Positions 17,894 through 25,112 of a stretch of DNA of 64,000 nucleotides are shown piece after piece. Location: positions 181,048-245,047 of the forward strand of contig JAWPOE010000008.1 in assembly GCA_033345195.1 (NCBI GenBank), in the 5' to 3' direction. A program made the position numbers and the translations under genes. Positions within the stretch are counted from its first letter, which is position 1. Every line of letters begins with the position of its first letter. The notes beneath the pieces are model-generated. The model was given only the letters and a program-made list of their open reading frames with translations, did no database searches and had not been told where the DNA came from. The stretch comes from Alphaproteobacteria bacterium (lineage in GTDB: Bacteria > Pseudomonadota > Alphaproteobacteria > Rs-D84).

Positions 17894-18613
17894 ATGTCGA
17901 AGATTTTGGATTCTTTATCAAAGGTAAATCGTGGCGATGTGGTTATGTCGGTGCGTGATATAAAGCGGACGTTTGTCGAAGGGGGGCAACCGTTGCATAT
18001 CTTGCGCGGGGGCGGTTTTGATTTGCGTCGTGGCGAAATTATTGCCTTGGTTGGTGCGTCGGGGTCTGGGAAATCAACACTGTTGCAGTGTGTGGGGTTG
18101 CTGGACAGACCCAGTGGGGGCAGTATTATGATTGGTGGTGCGCCGATACAGAAAATGGACGAAGATATGCGTACGCAAATTCGTCGTAAAAAAATTGGAT
18201 TTGTTTATCAGCGTCATAATTTGCTGTCTGACTTTACCGCACTTGAAAATGTTATGTTGCCAATGTTGGCAAACGGTATGGGCGAAGATGCGGCACGTGC
18301 GCGCGCGATTAAATTGTTGCGTGCGGCAAATGTTGCGCATCGTGCGTCGCATCTGCCGGGGGAAATGAGTGGCGGCGAACAACAGCGTACCGCCGTTGCG
18401 CGTGCGTTGGCGAATAACCCGGATATTTTATTGGCAGACGAACCAACGGGCAGTTTGGACCCAATGCACGCGGGGGCGGTGTTTGATTTGCTGATGGATT
18501 TGGTGCGTAAAAACAAAATGGCAATGCTGTTTGTGACGCATGATATGAATTTGGCATCGCGTGCAGACCGCAGAATAACAATTAATAACGGTATTGTTGA
18601 ATCAATGCACTGA
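17894..18613 (+). CDS. lolD: lipoprotein-releasing ABC ATPase LolD
   Basis: GASGSGKSTLL, MSGGEQQR, LADEPTG, VTHD. Directly follows lolC/E. Confidence 0.92.
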   Translation: MSKILDSLSKVNRGDVVMSVRDIKRTFVEGGQPLHILRGGGFDLRRGEIIALVGASGSGKSTLLQCVGLLDRPSGGSIMIGGAPIQKMDEDMRTQIRRKKIGFVYQRHNLLSDFTALENVMLPMLANGMGEDAARARAIKLLRAANVAHRASHLPGEMSGGEQQRTAVARALANNPDILLADEPTGSLDPMHAGAVFDLLMDLVRKNKMAMLFVTHDMNLASRADRRITINNGIVESMH

Positions 18614-18665
18614 TTTATGATATAATGGTGTAGAAGCAACAGATTTTTGTTTTTAATAAAAAGGG

Positions 18666-19208
18666 ATGAAAATGAAAAAGTCAGAGGGAAAATTTGTAAA
18701 AGTTTTATGTTATGTCGCGACGTTTGTTGTCGGGGCAGGTATTGGTTTTTTTGCGTCGGAAATAACGGCAAAAAAAGGTATGCAATTATCTGATGCACAG
18801 TGTGCGGTCGTGCAAGAAAAAATCATTGAAAATGCAAAGTGTTATAGTTCGGTTTGTACAGAACACTTAAAGGAACTGTACGCGATTTATCGTGCCGATT
18901 GTGCAGGTCGCGTTGTGCCTGAAGAAGTATATGAAATGCGGTCTTGCGCCCAGATGGAAAAAATTATAAAAAAGCGTTTCGATGCGTCCAAGGAAACAAG
19001 TTCGTCTTATCGTGATCATATCAGTCTGGCAAGTTATTTTGTAAAGCTGGCAGTACATGCGTGTCCAGAAAATGTCGAAATGTATAATAATTTGGCATTG
19101 CGTGAAATAGAGGTTGTTAGTGCATTAACATCGGTTGAATATCTGGATATGGCAGATAAGCAAGAATTAAACCGCGTGTTAAAAGCGCTTAGCGAAAATA
19201 AGAAATAA
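18666..19208 (+). CDS. membrane-anchored protein with Cys-bracketed helical unit
   Basis: N-terminal TM; SCAQME...ACPEN..Y...A.RE unit shared with the next gene. Confidence 0.7.
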   Translation: MKMKKSEGKFVKVLCYVATFVVGAGIGFFASEITAKKGMQLSDAQCAVVQEKIIENAKCYSSVCTEHLKELYAIYRADCAGRVVPEEVYEMRSCAQMEKIIKKRFDASKETSSSYRDHISLASYFVKLAVHACPENVEMYNNLALREIEVVSALTSVEYLDMADKQELNRVLKALSENKK

Positions 19209-19235
19209 AAATAAATAAAACAGAGGAGAGAGCAA

Positions 19236-20006
19236 ATGAAAAAAGTAGAAAAACAATATCGTGTGGTTCATTCGCGTTCCCAGAAAATTTGGGGTATTGT
19301 TGCGTTGTTTGGGTTGTTTGCATGTGGACTGTTGGTTGGTTGGGGTATTAATGAAAAACGCAGTGCGCCAAAACAACTGGAAATGGAACAAATTGCAAAT
19401 CCAGCCCCACAGGTTGATGGTGATGTAAAGCCAGCCACAGAGCAAAATTCTGAACCAAAAGAAACGTGCCAGATTATCGAAGATTTGTTGTTGGAACGTT
19501 TGGCACCAGTTGATAGTCAGATAATAGATGAACATGAATACAACATAACAGTGTACGAAAAATTGGTGATGAATGGGTGTTCAGAAAATCAAATGAAATA
19601 TCACAAGGCGGCACAGCGTGAACGTGAAATTGTAAATGCGTTGCAACAGACAAACAGTTCGCAACAAACATGTGAGCAGATTGAAACGCTGTTGTTGGGG
19701 CAGATGCCATATGCAGATGGAAATTCAGATTATCGTATTGGCCGTGCAAAAATCTATGCGAATTTGTCTGAACGTGGCTGTCCAGAAAATAGTGCGAAAT
19801 ATGTTGAATTGGCAAAACAAGAACTGGAAATCGCACGTGCCTTGGAAGATGATGAATTTGATAATGATGAAACAATCGAAGTGGTCGAAACGTATAAACG
19901 TTTGAATATGCAGGCGGCTGCCGAAGAAATTTTTGAAACAGCGAAAAAACTGACCAACCCGGCGATTGATTTTATCTTGGAAGTTGAAAAAATAATTAAT
20001 GAATAA
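19236..20006 (+). CDS. membrane-anchored protein with two Cys-bracketed helical repeats
   Basis: AGGAG RBS; TM helix; repeats TCQIIE...GCSEN and TCEQIE...GCPEN. Confidence 0.8.
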   Translation: MKKVEKQYRVVHSRSQKIWGIVALFGLFACGLLVGWGINEKRSAPKQLEMEQIANPAPQVDGDVKPATEQNSEPKETCQIIEDLLLERLAPVDSQIIDEHEYNITVYEKLVMNGCSENQMKYHKAAQREREIVNALQQTNSSQQTCEQIETLLLGQMPYADGNSDYRIGRAKIYANLSERGCPENSAKYVELAKQELEIARALEDDEFDNDETIEVVETYKRLNMQAAAEEIFETAKKLTNPAIDFILEVEKIINE

Positions 20007-20023
20007 AAATTAGGGAACAAAGA

Positions 20024-20608
20024 ATGAAATTCTGGGTGGTTTTATTCGGATTGGTTTTAACAACAGGTGCATTTGCCACAGATGAGGCAACCGAAGATGT
20101 TGTCGAAGAAGAGGTTGTTGAAGAAGAGGCAGAAGCGTCTGTTGTAGAGCGCGTATCGTGTACAGATATTCAGGCGCAGATAACAGAATTGAGTGCCATA
20201 GAAGAACCGGATGAAGAAACGCAAGAAGAATTGGCAAATCTGAAGGCAACCCAACGTTCGAAATGTATGCGCAGTGCAGGAAAGCGACGTGCCACCGTGG
20301 GACGCAAAGCGCTGATTGCAGCATCAGAAGCGTCGACGACCACAGAAGAAGTTGTTGTCGAAGAGAGTGTAGATGACGAACCTGTAAAAGAAGAAACACC
20401 TGAAGCGGTTATTGTTGAACAGCCGTCTGCCCCAGAATTAACCCCGGAACAGGTTCAGGCAAATTTGGACGCAGGACTGTGTGCAGATGGTGCAAAACCG
20501 AATCGTTTTGGTTGTTGTGCGGATGAAATCTTTAAAGATATGGGGGGCATGGTTTTCGCATGTTGTCCAAAATCTGGGGGCGATTGTTTGCCACCAATAG
20601 GAAAATAG
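20024..20608 (+). CDS. secreted acidic protein with C-terminal 6-Cys domain
   Basis: Signal peptide ending AFA; Glu-rich linkers; CADG..P...GCC...CCP...C.PP. Confidence 0.8.
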   Translation: MKFWVVLFGLVLTTGAFATDEATEDVVEEEVVEEEAEASVVERVSCTDIQAQITELSAIEEPDEETQEELANLKATQRSKCMRSAGKRRATVGRKALIAASEASTTTEEVVVEESVDDEPVKEETPEAVIVEQPSAPELTPEQVQANLDAGLCADGAKPNRFGCCADEIFKDMGGMVFACCPKSGGDCLPPIGK

Positions 20609-20618
20609 GGTGTTAATA

Positions 20619-20864
20619 ATGAAAAAGTGTGTTAGTTCAACAACGGCGATAATTATATCTTTTTTTATAGGTTTTGGTTTGGGTATCTTGACCTGGGCAA
20701 ATCGTGACGCAATGTCCGCGTCATCCGCCACCTGTGCCGATGGTTCGCGACCAGACAAGCATGGTTGTTGTGCCGGCGAAATCTATACCGACATGGGGGA
20801 TTTAGGCTTCAATTGTTGTCCAGGGGATAGCGAGGATAGCGACTGTTTCCCTCCGCTAAAATAA
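20619..20864 (+). CDS. small exported protein consisting of the same 6-Cys domain
   Basis: Hydrophobic leader, then CADGSRPDKHGCC...CCP...CFPPLK, paralogous to the C-terminus of 20024-20608. Confidence 0.75.
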   Translation: MKKCVSSTTAIIISFFIGFGLGILTWANRDAMSASSATCADGSRPDKHGCCAGEIYTDMGDLGFNCCPGDSEDSDCFPPLK

Positions 20865-20961
20865 AATCTAATGGCATATCTATGAACGGTGCCGTCCCCT
20901 CATGTAGCGACATGTACACTACGGGGACGGCACTGTCCATATCTATACCATTATCTTTTAT
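20861..20961 (+). repeat. fixed-geometry hairpin element, copy A
   Basis: ATCT, arm 20882-20899, core TCATGTAGCGACATGTACACTAC, arm 20923-20940, ATCTA. Outer imperfect inverted repeat overlaps the upstream TAA. Confidence 0.85.
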
Positions 20962-21091
20962 TTTTAATAAATTATAATAATTAAATTATTCTATTTAATT
21001 TTCGCATGGCAAGGGGTGTGGGCAGGGCGAATTAATTATTCACTTGATTTTGTTTTCATTTAGTATATAATCACAAGGCTTTGAATTTGTT

Positions 21092-21166
21092 GCGGGCATA
21101 GTACAAAGGCTAGTATGCAAGCCTTCCAAGCTTGAAATGCGGGTTCGATTCCCGCTGCCCGCACCA
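21092..21166 (+). tRNA. tRNA-Gly(TCC)
   Basis: GCGGGCA/TGCCCGC acceptor stem; CAAGC-CTTCCAA-GCTTG anticodon arm; TTCGATT; ends A-CCA. Confidence 0.92.
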
Positions 21167-21172
21167 AGGATT

Positions 21173-21259
21173 GGGCGTGCGCCGGAGTTGGAGAGCCGGG
21201 GCAGACTGTAAATCTGTTGGCTTAAGCCTGAGCTGGTTCGAATCCAGCCACTCCCACCA
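21173..21259 (+). tRNA. tRNA-Tyr(GTA)
   Basis: GCAGA-CTGTAAA-TCTGT anticodon arm, long variable arm, TTCGAAT, ACCA. One acceptor-stem mismatch. Confidence 0.88.
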
Positions 21260-21449
21260 TTAAAACACCGACCCTTGTGGTCGGTTTTTTAATGGTCTGG
21301 TCAGGCTGAGATGAGAACCAGCGTTAAAGTCGCGCAGCGACGATTGGTTCGAGCCGTAGGCGAAAGGGACCCATAGAGCGATAGCGAATATGGGAATTAC
21401 AATCCAGCCACTGGCACCATTAAAATAACCTACCTTGTGTGGTTTTTTT
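21260..21449 (+). repeat. tRNA-linked structured element re-creating the tRNA-Tyr 3' end
   Basis: AATCCAGCCACT(CC/GG)CACCATTAAAA at 21241-21265 and 21401-21425 (160-bp period), with a degenerate inverted copy at about 21287-21319. Confidence 0.8.
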
Positions 21450-21508
21450 GTTTATATTTTTGAATAAATATATTTTTTTTGATAAAATGCCTCTAAAAGG
21501 GGGGTGCG

Positions 21509-22084
21509 GTGTATCTTTTGTTTTTGTTTGTGACTTTGCTTTTGTTGGCATTGTTGCTGTATATGTGGGGACGAATTATAGAATATATTTATTGCGTTGT
21601 TTGGAAAAGACAAGTGCCATTTGTTGCGTGCAGTTTTAGACATAAACGTGCAATAGTTGCGCAAATAAAACAATTTTATCCAAATGCAAAAAGTGTGGTA
21701 GAGGTTGGATCAGGCGATGGTGCGTTGGCACGGTATATTGCACGACATACCAAGGCAAGAGTTTATGCATTGGAAAATATGCCGTTTTGTATATTCTTGT
21801 CGCGAATTGGGGATTTTTTCTGTTTTGCAAAATCGAAAACTGTTTGGTGTGATGCGTTTGAATACTTAGATAAAACAGATAAAAAATTTGATATTGCTGT
21901 TGCCTATTTAGGACCAAAGTTAACGCCGAAATTGAAAAAATATAACAAAAAAATAAAAGTTTTGATTACGATGAATTTTGAAATACCAGATTTAACGCCA
22001 GTACGAACTGTTAATTTAAAATATGGCAGTGTGACATATAATGGTGTGAAATATCCGCATAAATTATTTGTTTATGAATTATAA
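21509..22084 (+). CDS. membrane-anchored class I SAM-dependent methyltransferase
   Basis: N-terminal TM, VPFV, VVEVGSGDG motif I. Confidence 0.8.
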   Translation: MYLLFLFVTLLLLALLLYMWGRIIEYIYCVVWKRQVPFVACSFRHKRAIVAQIKQFYPNAKSVVEVGSGDGALARYIARHTKARVYALENMPFCIFLSRIGDFFCFAKSKTVWCDAFEYLDKTDKKFDIAVAYLGPKLTPKLKKYNKKIKVLITMNFEIPDLTPVRTVNLKYGSVTYNGVKYPHKLFVYEL

Positions 22085-22110
22085 AAAAATGCCCTGTTTG
22101 GGGCATTTTT
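22083..22110. terminator. bidirectional terminator
   Basis: AAAAATGCCC-TGTTTG-GGGCATTTTT between convergent genes. Confidence 0.75.
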
Positions 22111-23710
22111 ATTCTTCGATTTCATATTCGTCGATGTATGAACGACTGACCGATTCGCGTTTGATTGGTTTATAGTTTTCAGATGTTATTGGGTCGCCAA
22201 CATCTTCGGGTAAAATTGCAACCAATGCACTTTTTTCAACTGTTGTGGTTGGGGTGATGTTTGTGCCGATTGTTTTGCTGCGATACTTGTCACGCAGGCG
22301 TTCAGGCAGGGTGATATAGTCATCAGGGTCAACGCCCGGTGTTTGTAATTCCATCGCATCTGCCGGCGATACATAATGTTCAGTAATCCGGTATAATGGT
22401 GTTATGAAACTGGTTGGGGCGGCCTTGATTATTCGTGGTGTGCCGGAACCATTTAGTTCAACAATGTTTAAACCACGTTCTGATGTGCCGTTTGGCATCA
22501 GACGGAACAGTCCGTCGGTGCCGATATAACCACTGGGGTTTAATAAGTATGCGCCGGCAGATTGCCCAGAATAAATCATATCAATTGCCATATTTGTGGC
22601 GTCGTATCCAAATGTTGCCATGCGATTTGGAATTGTGCCAGATACCAGTTCATAAACATTGGCAAAGTTTTGATTCATTTCTGGCAGTGTTGCAAACTTT
22701 GCGCCAGACATTGTAAAGTCTGATGCGATATCCGAACCATCCCACATGGTTGTGCCATAAAAACGTGCGTCGCGTGCGCCAACGTTATAATAACGCAAGA
22801 ATGATGCCAATGACTTTGTATCATTCCCGTTGCCCAAGAATAATATTGCATCATAGGGCAGGGGACCCAAAGCTTCGGTCTGGGATAGTTTGCCCAGTTG
22901 CGAATTTAGGTTTGATTTTTCAATTGCGGTCAGGCGTTCGTTGGTCAAGATATCTGATAATACATGGCGTGCACGTGTGTGTGCCATTGTGCGTGCGTTG
23001 TTCATTGATGCGGTGGCACTGGTTGCTTTTATAGAATCTGTGTCGCCTTCGTTATAAAAGAAAATACCGTTTAATGTTATATCGTATGCGTTTGATATAT
23101 TCTGGGCGGTGCCTGCCATCAGGTGGCCAGACTTGGTATCTGGGGCGATAATGATAAAGCGTTTTGTACCATCATTTTTCATTTCATTCATTATCATTTC
23201 AATGCCATTCGATGGCATTAATGCCATTGTCATAACGCCATCACCAATTGCAGTTGCATCAGATGTAAATGACAATACGGGTAAATTTGATGGCTTTGAT
23301 TCACGTACCAGGCGGGCATTATCTGCGAAAACAGGGCCGATAATGATTTTTGGATTTGTTGCCAAAACAGTATTTATTGTTTCGGACAAATTATTGTTCG
23401 TATCATAAAAATGTACAGACAGACCAGATGGCGCACGTTGTAAAACGGCCGTTTCAACAGATGCACGAATCGCTTTGCCAATTTGTGCGTTTTGTCCAGA
23501 TAGTGGTAATAATACCGCCATATTTTCTGTGCCGTCTGATGTTGCGCCATATCCGTCAGACAGGCGACCGTATTGTAATGTCGCGGGTGTGCCGGTAATC
23601 ATTGAATCATAGTTGTCAAACCATCCATCATCAGATGAAATGATTTGTTGTGTGCCGGCGCAACCACTTAAAAGAACTGTTGCGGCAAAGTATTTTAAAA
23701 TTCTGTTCAT
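22109..23710 (-). CDS. penicillin-binding protein activator LpoA-like lipoprotein
   Basis: Lipobox LSGC; AVLLPLSG, IIIGPVF, GYDA, GTDGLFRL..NG..ERGL. Divergent from rsmI, as in other Proteobacteria. Confidence 0.8.
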   Translation of the reverse strand: MNRILKYFAATVLLSGCAGTQQIISSDDGWFDNYDSMITGTPATLQYGRLSDGYGATSDGTENMAVLLPLSGQNAQIGKAIRASVETAVLQRAPSGLSVHFYDTNNNLSETINTVLATNPKIIIGPVFADNARLVRESKPSNLPVLSFTSDATAIGDGVMTMALMPSNGIEMIMNEMKNDGTKRFIIIAPDTKSGHLMAGTAQNISNAYDITLNGIFFYNEGDTDSIKATSATASMNNARTMAHTRARHVLSDILTNERLTAIEKSNLNSQLGKLSQTEALGPLPYDAILFLGNGNDTKSLASFLRYYNVGARDARFYGTTMWDGSDIASDFTMSGAKFATLPEMNQNFANVYELVSGTIPNRMATFGYDATNMAIDMIYSGQSAGAYLLNPSGYIGTDGLFRLMPNGTSERGLNIVELNGSGTPRIIKAAPTSFITPLYRITEHYVSPADAMELQTPGVDPDDYITLPERLRDKYRSKTIGTNITPTTTVEKSALVAILPEDVGDPITSENYKPIKRESVSRSYIDEYEIEE

Positions 23711-23764
23711 AAACATTGAAAAATCCATTTTATTCTGTATCATTTTACTATAAAAGGAATCTAA

Positions 23765-24565
23765 ATGCAATCAGGGCTTTATATTGTTGGTACGCCAATT
23801 GGTAATTTGTCTGATATGTCGCCACGTGCGATTGCTGTTTTGCAAGATGTGGACTTAATTGCCGCCGAAGATACGCGCGTGTTTGGCAAGTTGGCAAGTC
23901 ATTTTGATATTAAAACAAAACGTGTATCATGTCATGAGCATAATGAACGCGATGTTGTGCCGGATTTAATCGAAAAAATTCAAGGTGGTATGGCAATCGC
24001 TGTGGTCAGCGATGCAGGTATGCCGGGTATCAGTGACCCAGGTTTTCGTATCGTGCGTGCCGCGCGTGATGCGGGCGTTGATGTGTTCGTTGTGCCGGGA
24101 CCGGTCGCAGCGATATCTGCCTTGGTTTTGTCTGGTTTCCCAACAGACAGGTTTACGTTCTGTGGATTCGTGGACGAAAAAAAATTGCGTGATGATAATA
24201 AAATACCACATACGATTATTTATTATGAAAGTCCGAATCGGGTTATGGCGACAATTGCAAAAATGGCCCAGATTATGCCAGAACGAAAAATTGCAATTGT
24301 GCGTGAAATTACAAAAATACATGAACAGGCAATTATTGGTTATCCGGCAGAATTGATGTCTATGACGCCACCACGTGGGGAAATTGTTATTGTTGTTGCG
24401 CCACGACCAGAACATAAAATGTCAGATAGTGAAATTTCAGAAATTGTTAATGATATTGCTGCGACGTCTATGAAGTCTGCCGCAGCAGATTTGGCCGCGC
24501 GCACAGGAATTTCGAAAAAAGAAGCGTATAAACGACTGTTGGAAAAAGGGGGCGATGTTGATTAA
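23765..24565 (+). CDS. rsmI: 16S rRNA C1402 2'-O-methyltransferase
   Basis: LYIVGTPIGNL.D, AEDTR, VSDAGMPGISDPG, YESP.R, REITK.HE. Confidence 0.96.
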   Translation: MQSGLYIVGTPIGNLSDMSPRAIAVLQDVDLIAAEDTRVFGKLASHFDIKTKRVSCHEHNERDVVPDLIEKIQGGMAIAVVSDAGMPGISDPGFRIVRAARDAGVDVFVVPGPVAAISALVLSGFPTDRFTFCGFVDEKKLRDDNKIPHTIIYYESPNRVMATIAKMAQIMPERKIAIVREITKIHEQAIIGYPAELMSMTPPRGEIVIVVAPRPEHKMSDSEISEIVNDIAATSMKSAAADLAARTGISKKEAYKRLLEKGGDVD

Positions 24566-25112
24566 ATTTGTGGGCAGTTTTGAAACCGTGAAATCGTTGC
24601 CTAATTCGCATTTCGCAGAATATGCGTTTATTGGGCGCAGTAATGTTGGGAAATCATCGCTAATTAACGCGGTTGTCGGCGCGCCAATTGCACGTACATC
24701 AAATACGCCGGGGCGTACACAAAGTTTGAATCTGTTTAATCTGGATGACCGTGTAATGATTGTCGATTTGCCAGGCTATGGATATGCGCGTGTGTCCAAG
24801 GTTGATGCAATGCGTTGGTTGAAACGATTGGAAGAATATTTGTTAACGCGTCGTCAATTAAAGCGTCTGTTTATCTTGATTGATTCGCGAATTGGTGCGC
24901 GGGATTCGGATCTGGATTTGATGGATTTTTGTGATGCGAATGCAATTCAATATCAGATTGTTTATACAAAAAAAGATAAGCGTGTGCGTGAAGAAAAACA
25001 GCACGAAATAAAGCATACAGACCATGGGGCAATGTTGCCAGAAATATTGCAAACGTCTGCGGAAAAGAAAACAGGACTGGATTCGATAAGGGCGACACTT
25101 GGCATCAAATAA
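24555..25112 (+). CDS. engB: ribosome biogenesis GTPase YihA/EngB
   Basis: GRSNVGKSSLIN, TPGRTQ, DLPGYGY, TKKDK. Confidence 0.95.
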   Translation: MLIKFVGSFETVKSLPNSHFAEYAFIGRSNVGKSSLINAVVGAPIARTSNTPGRTQSLNLFNLDDRVMIVDLPGYGYARVSKVDAMRWLKRLEEYLLTRRQLKRLFILIDSRIGARDSDLDLMDFCDANAIQYQIVYTKKDKRVREEKQHEIKHTDHGAMLPEILQTSAEKKTGLDSIRATLGIK

